DNA of 60,193 nt, filler included, from Sphacelaria rigidula (GCA_964200075.2; 3 parts of 3 records of this genome joined end to end with filler, not necessarily neighbours in it), one strand, 5' to 3'. Shown: positions 24,380 to 38,300, numbered from the whole stretch's first letter. The notes: generated by a model from the sequence alone, not told the origin. Numbers and translations: made by a program.

Positions 24380-25520
24380 GGTTTAATTCGGCACTCGACG
24401 TCTCCGTGGGCCTCGCCTTTAGTAATCGTCCGTAAGAAGAATAGAAAAGTCAGACTGACCGTCAATTATCCACGATTGAACACTGTCACCAAAATCGCCC
24501 GGCTGCCACTTCCACGGATTGACGAAATTATTGACTCTCTTGGCGAGGGTAAGGTATTTTCGAACTTTGACATGCAGTCCGGCTATCACCAGCTCGTGAT
24601 GGATCCAAATTCTATTGAACTGACAGCGTTTTGCGCGCCATCAGGTTTGTACGAGTGGCTGGTTACACGTGTAATGTTTCGTGTAACTGATGGATTGCCC
24701 AGATGCCATATGTACCTTGATGATGCGGTGTGGCACCACTCCACACCGGCTGATTACTTCGAACAGTTGGCATCATTTTTTAATCGGTTTGAACAACACA
24801 ACTTGAAACTCGCCCCCTCCAAATCCCGCATTGGCGCCACGAAGATTGAGTTCTTGGGTCATTGCATCACCCCCGAAGGTCGTGGCCCAAACCTCGACAA
24901 GGTCGCCGCACTCTCCGATATGCCCGTGCCACGGGACATTTCTCAACTGCGTTCCTTGTTGGGAGGTCGAAGCTACTACAGACAGTACTTGCCAAACCTT
25001 GCCCAAACGCAAAAACCCCTCACCACCCTCCTCAAAAAGGGGTGAAATTTGTGTCAACATTGGAAATGGAAAAAACCGTCCGCCGTCTTCTCAACACCCT
25101 TTCGCGCCCGCCGATCCTCGTGTTCCGCGACGGGTCGGTCGCGGAGCAGGGTTCCCGCCGTTTCCGACTCCACACAGATTCTTCCAAAATTGGGTTTGGC
25201 TGCACATTAGAACAGGAGCAAGTCGATGCTACTGTTCGTCGCATTGTCTATCTGAGTTGCACCACTTTTCCGAATGAGCAGAATTGGTCTGTCATGGAAC
25301 AAGAGGCCGGCGCAGTCGTTTAGGGCGCGCAACGTCTGCGTCAGTATTTGTATGACATCCCGTTTGTGATTTATACGGATCTTGAGTCTTTGAAAAGCCT
25401 TGCCAAAATGGCGGAACACAACGCTACGTTACAACGCTGGTTCGAAATCCTGTCGTCTTACAACTTCCAGTTGAAATATCGCACAGGTCCACAAAACGCA
25501 AACGCCGACGTTCTGTCAGG
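24380..25520 (+). pseudogene. Gypsy reverse transcriptase / RNase H (disrupted)
   Basis: RT motifs including YLDD and IEFLGH..T. Frameshifts near 24330 and 25040 and a stop at 25321. Confidence 0.85.
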
Positions 25521-26552
25521 CTTGCCCACACCAGCTCAACCTACCGATGAATCCCCCATGGGACGCATCACCGATCCCACCGAAGACATTGTATATTTCA
25601 TTGGCAGGAATGGAAATAGACGTCTCTACACACCACTTTCACTGAGAGAAACGCCGGCTTTAGGCATGGGTGGGCTGACGACTACAGCCCACGCATCAGT
25701 TCTAGGCAGCTTGCAGCCTCAATCGTTGTACCCAGTTAGGAATTGACTGTCTACGAATACTGTTGGCTATGGTCATTTTTGTGCAACTGGCCAGCGCATG
25801 GTTTTTGGCAGCAGGTGTAGAACCGTCCTTTGCTGGCTCCGTCTTATCGGTTGAAGTTCGAGGTTTTATTTCGAGTAGGACTCGTGGACGGCGAACCGCC
25901 TAAACGGCCACCAAACGAGTCGTTTTTGGTCCTGACCTTCCCCTTCCTGCCCCCTCCCCGGTCCCCGATAGTTTCCTTGCGCCTCCTCAACCTCCACGAC
26001 GCAAGCCCCCCAGAAAATCGACCCCGACCGTGCCGCCCCTGCCAACCATAGCCGAACCCATGACTATGCCCCCCTCCCTTGGTGATGATATTGCAAACAC
26101 CACCACAACACCCTCCACGCTAATCGACGCAGGAGTAGACGTTAACGTTCCGTCTGAGAGTACACCAACTGGTACGCTCACCCTTGATTCCGAAATCACC
26201 GCTGCGTGCCAACCCCGCCCCGAACCGACCCAACACGAAGTAGACGCTTCAACAGATGGTGTATTCAAGGAACGTTTGACTCTCTTCTCCCACGCCGATT
26301 GGGCCCGGGAACAACAGGCAAAGCCTGCTTGTAAATCAGCTATCCATTACCTATCTAAAGGTTGTCCATGTCCATTCTCAGAAACCGAATTCCTTTTGCC
26401 AGTCGGGAATCTCAAAGCACCCACCCAGGATGAAGTTACTGAACCTTCAAGGAAAGGTATGCTGCATACGGATGATGATGGTATAGTTCTGTTAGTTCGC
26501 CGGCCCACAGCCGCCCTCCCCAGGGGGAAAGCCTACAAGTCGACATGCCCGC

Positions 26553-28271
26553 TTGCTACGTGATAAACCCATCCGCATCTATGTCTCGATGCTCCTGCGC
26601 CGATGGGTTCTACACGAATACCGTTCACAGGCATCGACTCATTTAGGCGCCATTAGGACCTCCCAGATGTTGGAACGTTTTTATTGGTGGATTTGTATGG
26701 ATCAGTGTGGACGTTGGTGGGTGAGGCATTGTCTTTTGTGTCAGGCGCGAAAAACGTCTCGTCAAACAGTTCGTTGGCCGATTGTTTCCATACCACTCCC
26801 AAACGGGCCTGGTGAAGTAGTTTCTTGGGACTATTTTGGTCCTTTGCCCCTGACGGATTGTGATAATACGTATATTTTGTTGTTTACAGATAGATTTAGT
26901 CAACATGCGGTTATGCACGCTGTCCCCCCCAGTAGTTATACCGCGGAAGGTACCGCCAACATTCTTGTCTACATGTACATCCCAGAGTGGGGTGTGCCCA
27001 AACGCTTACTGTCTGACAACGGCCCGCATTTTTCAGGCAAACTTTCAGCCGCCGTCAGTGACCTTTTGGGTGCCCATCGCATTTTCACTAGTTCATATCA
27101 CCCTTCCACCAATGGTGGAACGGAACGAGTGAACCATACGATGGCACAGATGCTTGTTGCTGTAGCAAATGAGAGACAGATGGACTGGGATCTGCACCTA
27201 CCCCTTGTCCAAATGAACTACAACAATTCAGTCAATGCCGCTACGGGATTGTCACCGAATGAAATTCATATCGGACGCATGCCTAGGTTACCTTTAACGG
27301 TATTCGAACGCAAAAATACAGGCGGACATCAGAGTCTGGATCGTGATGTTGTTGAGAATCATCTGTCGGTTAGCAATCGTCTTCGTCTTGCATATGAAGT
27401 GGTGCGAGAACAGAACCAAATCAATTTGGCCAAGGTCGCCAGGGCGAACTCGATGTTGGATGATGTGGTACATAACTGCCCGGTGTGAATGGTAGGCCGA
27501 TGGGCATGGGTGTATAACGATGTGAAGACCATTAATCAAGGAGCTAGCACGAAATCATCATCTTTAAACAAAGTGTTGAAGGCGAAACTATCCTTCAATT
27601 GGACTGGTCCTTGGGAAATTTTAGCTGTTGGTCCAAGCGATACCGCACCTGACAAGAGTCCGGTGGGAGCGAAAACTTTGATTTTAGATTTCCCCATGGA
27701 TGAACCTAGTTTGAAACCGAAAAATCGCGTCTCGATGCTACGATGCAAGCCGTGTATCCCCCCTCATGACTCCTCTGACATGCCCAAACAACTGCCGCTA
27801 GGGCTTAGCCAGTATGTGTCGGCCAAGTATGCGATCAAAACTCCGCCGTATCATATGACGGTCGAGGATGCGGACGCACCCCTGGAACGCGTTGAGGTAG
27901 ATAGAGTTTCGGGCCATCAACTGGTTCGCGGTCGTCGAGGTAAGATTGCGGTAATGTATCAAACACATTGGAAGGGTATGATGCGTGTTACATGGGAGTG
28001 TGAAGTTGATTTGCGTCATTTTCGTCGGGAAATATTGCTGTACTGGGTAGGAGATACCGTCCAACACCGCCCGTTGAATAAGAGATGTCGGTCGATGCGC
28101 AAGGGAGCTGCCGCTCGGGAACTGGCACGTGAATACCCAGCGCGGTTTGTTGTGACAGGCTGTAGCCTTCTTTCGCGTTCACAATACATGCAGTCTTTTC
28201 ACGGAAAACGCTTGCCGACGGGGGCGTACTTTTGGTATAAGACCTTGGAATTATTGTGGTGGTTAGGTTAA
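26553..28271 (+). pseudogene. Gypsy integrase plus chromodomain (in-frame stop at 27486-27488)
   Basis: Zn-finger, rve core and WTGPWEI (GPY/F-like) motif, followed by the chromodomain-like segment. Confidence 0.85.
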
Positions 28272-29528
28272 ATTTATTTGGTCGATCCTGCATCTGACCA
28301 CTCCCACTTTATCCGTTTCCTCGATGACCCGAGCCCCCTTAAGATTCGCTTGGATGATGCCTATACACCGAGGAGCCGACCGCCCGGAGGGGATCTCTTC
28401 AAAGCCGTTCTACGGAATACGGACACCGCTTGGGATGCAGATGACTCATGATGCCGCATCCGAGTCTGCTTCCTCATTCACCTTGCGTAGTGTACTACGT
28501 TCGAGTCGCTTGTCTTGCACCGTAGCGCCGTTGGAAAACCATGTCCCCCCCACCCCCCCCTTCATTTTTTTCGTACTGATTAGCCCCGTACTTGTAGTGG
28601 TTGTATGTTGTGTTTCGTCTTTTGTTTTTATATATTGTATTTTGTGTTTTTTTTTTCTTGTCTTTTGTTTTTTTGGGCTTTGAACCCTGCCTTTTTTTTG
28701 CCTTTGCGTTATGTTGTTTTGATTTTTCTTCTTTTTCTTCCCTTCTTTTTCTTTTTCTCTTTCCATCTCGTGTTTTGTTTTAATTTTTTTTCTCGTGTTC
28801 AATGAATAATTTTCATTATCATTTCTGGGTTCATCTGGTACAGTATAATTGACGACCGTTCCATTCCTGACCCCCGAGTCTGGAACCTTGAACGTCCGTC
28901 CTCCGCGCCGTACATTCACGACCATTCCGTGTGCTGGGACAGTTGCCACGAATTACTTATTTCTTTATTTTTCTTCATTGTACGCACCTTTTGTCTTGCT
29001 TTGTGTATTATATGGTTTTATTTTTATTTTGTTTGTTTTGGTGAAGAGATTTAGGAGCGAGCGCTGGACATACATGACGCCCACGTCTGGAATATTTGTG
29101 CTGTTGTTCAATCGCTCCGTACGCGAATACCGCCTCCCTCTTCGGGATCGGTCGTGACGTGTCTTCTTTTGTGTGCGTTCCACGTTGAATTTTATTTCAA
29201 CATGGGCGATAGTAACCGAAGCCGAGTGTCTGACATATTTCGACCTTCTTGGCTGAAACGTTTGACCCTGCTTGCTTCGTGCACACGATAACCGCTCCTG
29301 TTTACGAGGACGGTTGCGACGTGTTGTTTTTCTGCTTCATGTTGCGGATATTTCGTTTTCGCTGTTATCCAGCGTGCCCCTGGTTTTGTATTTCTTTCGG
29401 TTTTGGTTTCTGCGCCCATGTCGGGAATTTCGAGCGTTCCAACGTTCCTGACCCTCGAGTCTAGAACACTTGGCCTACTTTTTTTTTGCGAGTCCTGCAC
29501 ACGTGTGACCGACCTCGTTTATAGGAGG

Positions 29529-29890
29529 GTCACGGATGATGCGACGCGATGACTTATACACCGTTGATTGGTAAGTTACAACGAGGTCACCACTGGCCGC
29601 GTCGTACATAGCGGTGTTGAAGCATTATCATTGAAGTCGCGGTATATTTGGTTGCAAACGGTCCCTCATACAGGACTATTACGTGTCATGATAAGGTAGA
29701 TTGCTCTTCCGGAACTGTCCGTTCCGCCATGTCGATATTCGACCATTGATACAGCCTACAGGCTCAGAGTCCGCCACTCGCTATTTTTTTCTGTCACTTT
29801 TACTAGTTCTTTTGCGTACGGGTACCCGCCCCTGAAATCGGTTGGTGGTGTTTTGTTTTTATCAGGGATTATTGGACGAAGTAACGTGAC
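29529..29890 (+). repeat. Possible 3' LTR of the Gypsy element
   Basis: Purine tract ATAGGAGG precedes GTCACG...CGTGAC inverted ends, after a long T-rich 3' region. There is no second LTR copy in the contig to confirm it. Confidence 0.2.
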
Positions 29891-32028
29891 GGTACGACCG
29901 GCTGTGGTTTTTGCTCCAGTTTGTGTTCGGGCCAGCCTTGTTTTAGTCCGAACGAGCAAATACTCCGAGGAGTGGGCTGCGTTGGTCCTCTCTGTCCCGA
30001 GTATTTGTCGTGGTTCAGAAATGTGTTGGGCGATCCGCCTCGGAATTACGTAGTAGGCCCGAAGGTTGTGCATTGACTCCACTATGTTTTTTTACGTGTG
30101 CGGAAACCTGATCTTACAAACCGGTCGGTTGTTTTCGTATTTCATCGTGCGAGGAAAAATCAAAAACTGCTGTACGACTGGATCATCACCCAGACGTCCC
30201 AAGCGAGTTGTTGCTTTCACAAACATATACCGACAATTAACTCACGTCAAACGGGTTGATTTGTCCGTATCATGCAATACATTTGTTTCTTCAACTTGTG
30301 GTTTTCGCGGGAAACTACCTCTTTCGCGACGAAATCGGCTATACGTTGTTGGCTTTTGCTGATTGACTGGGGCGAGTGATTAACATGAACTTGGTTGTCG
30401 GAGTGATATAATGCCTTGGCGGGCTTGCTTGTTTTTCTACCAGTACCTAAAACAAATCGGACATCCAGAAAAGAGTGAACTATTATATTCATGATATAGT
30501 TATGGCAGAGTAGGATGATCGTGTCAATGATAGGTCTCTAATTTTCTGTGGCTATCCCGGAAATGCTTACGGCATTCTGAGGACACTGCATTTGTTTTGG
30601 TATATAGTTTTCATTGTTGATTTTTTTTTGTGATTATATTTTTCTGAATTCGCATGGCTCCGCCTGAATGCGAAACATGAGGACACTGAATTCTTGTATC
30701 GATTCGATTTTTTTCTCTTTGCTTTGTTTTTGTGTTTGTATTTTGCGTTTTTCCTGTTTCTCTGTGTCGGCGGTACCTTACCGTTCCCCGTACCGAAGAA
30801 TACTCGACCTTTAAAACGAGTTTCAGTTTTCTGTGGTGTGGGAGTGGTGTAGCTCCATGCAAGTTCGTCCCTTCTGAAAAGGAACTGCAGTTGAACGATC
30901 CAGGGTGGGCTATCGTGATGGCAAATGACCGAGTGCGTGAATTAAACTAGTTATTTTGGATTTGCCGATTATCCCCAGAAACGACCGGCGGGTGTGGAAA
31001 GATTATAGTCGGATGTGTGCTTGTGTACGATAGAAATTGGACTGTTGAAGCGGTGATGTTGGATAAGGATCGCACCCGATAAGCCGCGTGTACCTGCTGC
31101 TACTATGGCTTTGATTGGCTAAGGGCACGGCGCGTCACGCTGATTTGTATTATGACAAGATTGTATGCGAGGCAGGGTAAGGGCGAGCAGTGCCCACCAT
31201 CGCCCACGAGTACACTTGCCACCCATCGGTCAAAGAAAGGCTTACGTAGAACTATCTCAACAAGGATCATCAGCTTTCATCTGCTTTGCGCGACGTCTCA
31301 CCCTCTAGCCTGCAAGCCGTTTCTCAAGAAGTGAGTTACGTATATCATAATCCCGGTCTATCTAGTGAGTTTTCCTTCTCTGAAAGAACTCGGTGCTTAC
31401 TCGTCAAAACAGCTGGCTTGTACGTTGAGAGAGAACCCTCAGCTCTGATAATTCAGGGTGGACATAGGATCGGCTGGTCTCATTCTCCTTCATGTGGGGT
31501 GCGACTTGCTTGCTACTGTATAACACAACATCGTGCAACCAGAAGTGATTCGGCACCTTGAATGTGCTCCACGTCATCAAACATTTCCGCGGGACGTTTA
31601 CGTCCATTCATTCTATCCGAACCCTCTGGATGTGTCAGGGAAATCATGACGCGCGTGCTGCGCTTCCATTCGAGGAAATTTGTAGCATCGAATTGCCTCA
31701 TGCTCTTGATGAGCTGTGCAACAAATAGCTCTCCTTTGTTATTCGTCTGTTACAAAATGTATGAAATTAATCACACCTGAAACCTTGCGCAATGAAAAAT
31801 CTGAAGGCTGGACTTTTTTCACTTTCAGCTGTTGTGACGACCTTGATGGGAAATCCCTTCGCTGGTGCTGGCCGACGTAGTCTCGAATCGAAGTCTGATG
31901 ACTTGGTCACCTACGTCGTCGCGAATCGATAGCTCAAAACCTGTTGGAATAGCTCGTGTTCCGTAGCACTGTCCTTGCGACAGACTGACTACCGTTCAGC
32001 GAGCAGTATTATGAGAGGTTGCACCGAT

Positions 32029-32278
32029 GACACTTTCTACGATAGCCCCCCCCTCAAACCAGCTAAAAGTGTTACGAAAAAAATGGCGATACAGCGCCTG
32101 ATGTTCTCGGGCTCAGGCTGCATGAAGCGCCTCATATTGGCGACATTGGCTTGAACAAACCCAAGCGTGGGAATTCCTACCTTCTCGTTGTGCTCGGTTT
32201 TTCCCATTTCGATCAACGTGAAGATTTTGCCTAAAAAAACCATGCACTTTTTTGGGAGGGGCTATCGTAGAAAGTGTC
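32029..32278. mobile_element. MITE family A, copy 2 (250 bp)
   Basis: Same TIRs and interior as copy 1; TSD CGAT. The paralogous LTR-like copy near 39260 has the empty site. Confidence 0.9.
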
Positions 32279-32658
32279 CGATGTTGTTAGACCACTGCGT
32301 CTGCGGCTCAGAGTAAGAACCAATATTAAGACATATGGTTGATTGGGCTCTTCATCCGGCCAAGACAAAACAGAACGCATAGTCTCTTCTCAAAGCAGAG
32401 AACTGAAGGTAAAGAACGAGAGAGATTGCAAGGGCGGTGAAGACCACAGATTACAAGGATCTCAATCCTGGAACTAAAAACAAAGACCTCTACACGTACG
32501 CAGGCTAAACGCACCCATAACACTGACGTGTTGGTGTTCCAGCTCACAGACTGGATTCTACCTCAAACTACGATACTCATACATAATGGCATCACACTGT
32601 CGTATCCTGCGATCTTACGTGATATCTAACATCAAGGATCCACATTAAATGGTACTTT

Positions 32659-32863
32659 TGTAATGCGTGAGAGGACCGCGTGCTTAGAGGACTGCATCGG
32701 AATTTGAACACTCCCATGGTTAGGGTTAGGGTTAATGTTGGGGTTATGGTCAGGGGCGTGGTACCTGTGGGGACTGACCCGATTGATTTTGAAAAACATC
32801 GACCCTGAGGTGTTTTGAACTACGGCGCGGTCCTCTAAGCACGCGGTCCTCTCACGCATTACA
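32659..32863. mobile_element. MITE family B (205 bp; 34-bp perfect TIR with TGT...ACA ends; internal TTAGGG repeats)
   Basis: TGTAATGCGTGAGAGGACCGCGTGCTTAGAGGAC and its exact reverse complement; TSD CTTT on both sides; GGTTAGGGTTAGGGTT inside. Confidence 0.9.
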
Positions 32864-34089
32864 CTTTGACCCTTGGTCAATGTTGGGGGCTCCTAGCTGA
32901 ACCGAAACCAATTGCGCCGCTACTATGCTACGGAGTAAAAAGCCCACACAGAAACGGACAGCTAGCTTACTGCCTGTATAAATGTCCAACAGCTACCATC
33001 CGTCGCGTCAAAACTTGAGATTTACTCGATCGCTCACCACGCACATCTGACTCAGAGTTATGCTACGATAGAGAGGGGGGTATTTGCTCCCATGAAAACG
33101 GGGGCTCACAGGTGTGTGAGACGACCTAACACACGCGCGGTGCACTCGTATTTAGGTAAAAACGGAGTCAATCGGTGATGGTGAGCGTTATTTATCGGTA
33201 ACAAGCGCGCTTGAACAACCATTGCTGTTTTCAATGAAGATTTGAAGTGGAACTTCATGAAAAAAGTGGCCCAAAATACCCCCCCCCCCCCATCGTAGCA
33301 TGACTCCTCACTGGTACAGCCTTAAAACGAGACATACGGTTTCGTCATGTAGGGATTCTTTGAATCTTGTCACCAAAATATCACACGTTCCAAGACTTCG
33401 GCGACGATACACAAAACGGCGCGTGTTCGATCATGCCAGTCGCTTCTGGACAATAAGACACAACGGTAGCGACTGCGAGGAGCTATAGCGCCGATAGCTC
33501 AAGCACCTGGCACCCCAACAAGATGACTAACTGTAGCTTTTGGTACCATGGGGTCACAAGTAGCCACATCGGTGTCAGTGGTAGACGAGTTTGGTTATAA
33601 AGTGCACGAGTGTGATTTCAAAGTTGATGTAGGGGCCATAGCGCGAGGGGCCCGCAGCAAGTAGGGCAGGCGCCGGTAAATGTCCAGGAGTTATCCCTCG
33701 CAATGTACTCCCCCTTATCAACTATTAGCCAGTTTGCGAAGGGGTTCTAGCGTGGTGAAACCTTGCGGTCTGTAGCCTCTGCCAGACGATCTGGACAAGA
33801 AAACTTTCAACGAGGGACTCCTCCAGTAGCACTGGGTTCGTGCTTGACAAGCCCTTGTTTCTCATTTGTTACTATCACGGAGTGATCCTTTACAGGTCAC
33901 ATCATCAGCCAAGCAGCAAGGGGCCACACAGATGAGGTCATCAATCCAGGATTCCCTGTCCCCTGCCACTCCTCCAATCATGCATGCGATTATACTGAAA
34001 CCTACGGCTTGATATTTTTTGGCAACAGCACCCATAAAGCGAGTTCAAGACAAACGAACGAGCTTGACACCCAACAAAACCAAGGCGAA

Positions 34090-35325
34090 ATCGCATGCGC
34101 CAGATCACAAAGAAATACCATACTCCGACGCTAATTAACTGGCAGCGCCCGAGTCAACCGCATTTTACGCAGTTCCTTCAAAACAACTTCACGCGCAGAA
34201 TAATGAATCTCGCGAAGATACTCCCACATACGTTGTTCAGCACCGAATCCTTCTCAATCGACCGAAACAATGACATCGCCATTGCCATCCTCAGCGACGT
34301 GCACCAACGCATTCATCCGACGTTCACCTTGAGCATACGAATGCTGAATGAAATATTTTCGTTCCGCAGTGATGTGCAACTGCGAGTCATCATAGAAATG
34401 TAAACGGGCGACATGGACCGCGTGCACGGCGCCAGAAACAATGCTCTGCACCGAGTACACGTGAGCGTGATGGGCTCCGACCACTCGCCACGGACTCGTC
34501 CACGTAGACATGAACTTTGGCGTCACACCTTGCCAACGAAGACGGGCATAATACGAAATCGCCAACGGCAAACTTGGGCAACACAGCTTGGCCCTGAGCA
34601 AGCTTGCGTTTGGTTTCGCGAGACACCGCGACAGCAGCTTGCACTTCGTTACAAAACCGCACTTGCTCGTCAACCACGTATCGAACCTTGTCAAACGAAT
34701 CAGCATCCATGACGTCGACGTTCCATTTGCCTCCAGTGACAGAAGCCAGGGCGGAGAACGCTGTACGCGGCTCACGCCCAAACATCACACAATGCGAAGT
34801 GTTACGGTAGCGTTAGCGAAAAGAAGTATTTAACGCCCACTGAACGGCTGGCAAAACATCAACCCATTCAGACACCGGCCGGCGCTGTTCCGACAAAATA
34901 GACCCCAACGCACCAACAACCTCTTTCACCATGCGTTCACAAGCACCATTCGACCAAGGGGTATACGCAACAGCAAATTGGTGTTGCATCTTGAGGGCAT
35001 CGCTCAGTTGCGCGATCACTCGATTCTTGAAGTGCGTGGCGGTATCACTAACCCAAACGCGTGGCACTCCCGAAGTCTTGCACTAATGTAGCAAGTGCTT
35101 GGCCGTAATCTCGGCGGTGCAAGCCTCGGTCGGCTTCAAGCAAACGAAATTGGACATATCATCCATGATAACCAAAACGTACCGAAAACCATCCTCCTCA
35201 GGCAAACCATCAGCACCTTCAGGTCTGCTACTTTCGACGTACAAAAAGTCAACGTGAACAATTTCACCTGGCGCACTACCATGTGTTGTGGTCTGGCCAC
35301 GAGCTGATACTGGTATCACTTTCAA
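34090..35325 (-). mobile_element. Second Ty3/Gypsy relic: integrase core plus chromodomain-like tail
   Basis: PGEIVHVDFLYV, FRYVLVIMDDMSNFV, PRVWVSDTATHFKN, AYTPWSNGACERMV, WVDVLPAVQWALN, MMFGREPR, KFMSTWTSPWRV and VHVARLHFY; multiple stops and frameshifts. Confidence 0.85.
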
Positions 35326-38300
35326 GGAACATACCAGGCCAGGGGTGGCACGAAGCCAGCGGCTGGCCGCAATGAACGATCGCAGTCGAGAGGACTCTCG
35401 AGCTCGTGGCTAACACACCCTTGAGTCCGACCAGTACTGCATCATAGGGCAAAGTCTTGACTCACTTTCACGTGCAGAGAGGTGCTCTTGACTTGCTTGC
35501 ACGCGGTATGTCTCCAGGTGATGGCTGATAGCTTCGTTATTAGGCTTGTCTACTGGTTAGCTAGAACCGAAGTTGCTAGTGCTGGAAAGTGACAGACTGG
35601 GTACACAACACAAACTAGAGTATAACACTAATTTGCGAATGGAATACGACCTATTGCACATGCCATGCGTGCTTCGAAACGCCTACTAAATGTACAGCCG
35701 ATATCTGTCGCAACGTCCCCCTCCCTTGCTTTGTGCACACTGCTAATGGAAGGTAAGGAAAGTCACAGCTTAATATACGTCGGGGGTATTCCCCCCAAGT
35801 CTGTATGCCATCAGCCTAATATCACGTCAACGGCGAGAAAACCGCAGAATTTCGGGGCTACTATTAACCGCGGGAAAACTTGTCATGAAATCGGAAGGAT
35901 GGGCAAAATCCGGCTTTCCGGGAAAAGCCTCATCGTTCGAGAAAACATCTCTCACGCCCTTTAGGATCATAGTGAGTGCTTTCGTATGTGCTATGTCGTC
36001 CCGGGATTCTCCTTACACTGGGAACAGAAACCACCGAGAATACCCGGTGACTATTCTCCGATGGTAACGGCGCTTAGACATCCCTGATTGGTTACACCAA
36101 TCCTGGGTAGTGTAGGACTCGCAAAAACAGCTGACCCACTAAAAAAAAACCAACAAGCGCTAACTGGTTGATGGGAGTGCGTACGCTTTTCTCTCACCGA
36201 CCGACCAGCAGCAGCTGACCTACTGGACACCGGGGGACTCCTACACCTTTGATCAAGAGTTTCGTCATGGTACAGTGTCCAAGCAGGTACTCGGTGCCAA
36301 CCCTTCTTATACAATGCTTACTCCACGATATGAATTGCTCCACTCGAAAGGGGTGGGGCACCCCAAAATTGGATCAACGTTCTCCGAGGGCGAACAGACG
36401 TGATGAACGGACCGGGTACGTGAAACAAAGGGTGGGATTAGGTCTGGCGAAACCAAGAAATACATAATCTCTCTGAAATGCAAGACCTGAAAAAAACAAA
36501 GAGCGGAGATCAATGCTACGATAGGGATTGCAGTTTTTGTTTCTGGGTCTCATTTTTGCAGGAGCCCAAATGTATTTGGCTCACTGTGCAGCCCAAATCT
36601 CCGGGGACAGGACATGGAGATGCACACAGGAGCCTTTTTGTGAATCGGCATCATTTTCAGTATTTTTCAAGTGAAAATGATGCCGATTCTCAAAATGATC
36701 CGTGTAACATCCCGACAAACATTTTCGCTCCAAAAGTGCAACCCTACCGTAGTATCACTCCGGAGCAAGATCAACTCCGCGAAAACGTAGGAAGGAAAAG
36801 AAAAACCGAAAAATAGTGCTGGAGGAACAAACAAGGCCCGCAACAAAAAAGATAAGTGGATAAAAGAAAGTGAAGCATGAAGGAAAACTGGAAAGGACAT
36901 ACCAGATCCATAATACGAGAAAATCAACTCATGAAACATGAAAACAAATAAAGAATATTAAAATAAAGGGACTGACAAGAAAAAGCATCAGGTTCTACTA
37001 AATTAAGAGCAACCAAAACGGAAGAGGGAAAAATAACAAATGGAAGCCAGACCACAAAACCGAACGGAGAAAAAACGATGAGGGCCTAAGGAGGAAGTTC
37101 TGGCCCGAATAAACGAGTCAAGCAAATCGAGAAGATGGACCATGCCCCCCCCCCCCGCGAATCAAGGTCAAACGTTACACAATGAGGAAATAAAGCCGGG
37201 AGCGATACAAGCTATATAAGCGAGCTCATGATCAACGGGAAAACACGAGTGAAAGCAGACCCGAAGAGAGTAGAAAAAAGAAAATCCTGAACAACCGTTC
37301 CAATGAAAAAAAATGAACAGTACTGAACTACTGCTCATTACTACATAAAAACAGCAAAGAAAATATAATACGCTGCTCGCTCCTGTAATGTAGCACAAAA
37401 AGATCTCCTGGCCTCTCCTTCGTACAATATTAATGCTTTTCTCTACTTCGTTCGCTCAATGCCATCAGCTCGCTCGTCTGGACCACTTGCTGGAGCTCTT
37501 CGCTTGAAGACTCCACGCAGTCTTCGTCGTCTCATCACTCTCCCGGAGCGTTTGCCGCCGTCGAACACTTGTCCTTTGTGCTCAGCTCGGTCAAAATCCT
37601 CTCAGAGTGCGAAACCTATGGGGAACAAGTTCAGAGCACCACTGCGCGACAAAGGGACATGGCGTGCTTGGGCGGGATGGCATACTTGATGCCTTGGCTG
37701 GGTGGTTCAGACGCCAAAGGGCGTGGAAGCCGTTCACTCGTGGAAGCGTCAGACTTTCCAGGACTCCGCTTCCTGGTAGCCCCTCCGACATTGCTCCATC
37801 CTGGACCTTTGCTAGCTATTTCCAACCTGATTTTGTTTCTCGAATTAGACTCGCGACGGTCTTTCAGGGTGAGGAGGTGGGGTTTCGGGTTTTAAATGTT
37901 GACGTCGCCTCGAAGTCTGGTGTTTAGGCAACTAGGCGGATCAGTCAGCGATTGAATATCTCAGGTGGGGCGGGTAACGATATGCGGTTCGACCTATAGC
38001 GGACCCTCTTGCGCGTACGAATTTTGTGTCCTTGCATCACCACTTCGGGACCGCGTGACGTCATCGATCCTTGCCAACTTTCCATATACCGTGTACTAGT
38101 GCTGTAGTTTCCTGCCGTTGCCATCCCGACCCGTTGAGATTTTTCTCCGGATCCATCACCAGTCTTACCTCGCATAGGTGCTGTTCGTGTTGTTCTACGA
38201 AAGGGTCCAGTCCTTTACTCGGTTCTGCTTGTTGTGATACTTCCTCCAACACATAAGTAAAGTGCGGTATGTTGACACGAGCCCGCAACCGTTTCCGATG

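Larger units (their letters stand above)
20112..28450 (+). mobile_element. Decayed Ty3/Gypsy LTR retrotransposon with chromodomain (gag-like/PR-RT-RH-IN-chromo), 5' end cut by contig edge
   Basis: Protease C-terminal FDVLLGRDSW (~23470); RT with HSTSPWASPLVIV, LPRIDEIIDSL, FDMQSGYHQ and YLDD (~24380-25040); RNase H LHTDSSKIGFGC, WSVMEQEAGAVV, FVIYTD (~25150-25520); integrase H..H..CLLC plus D,D,E (WDYFGP, SDNG, NGGTERVN; 26553-27488); chromodomain-like VEVDRVSGHQ..YQTHWKG...TWE (~27890-28000). RT-RH-IN order is Gypsy-type. Stops, frameshifts and loss of the MPxG motif indicate decay. Confidence 0.9.
31942..32991. mobile_element. LTR-like repeat copy 1 (TGTTGGAA...TCCAACA), ~590 bp after removing two nested MITEs
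   Basis: Colinear along its whole length with 39181-39785, sharing blocks such as GAGGTTGCACCG, ATGGTTGATTGGGC, TCTACACGTACG, CCAGCTCACAG, GATATCTAAC and GAGTAAAAA. TG...CA inverted ends; no clear TSD. Confidence 0.65.

Noticed and set aside
28560..29200. Phe-rich and Lys-rich ORFs resembling membrane proteins
   Set aside because: Artefacts of the T-rich 3' region of the Gypsy element; the same applies to the A-rich 36480-37420 region.
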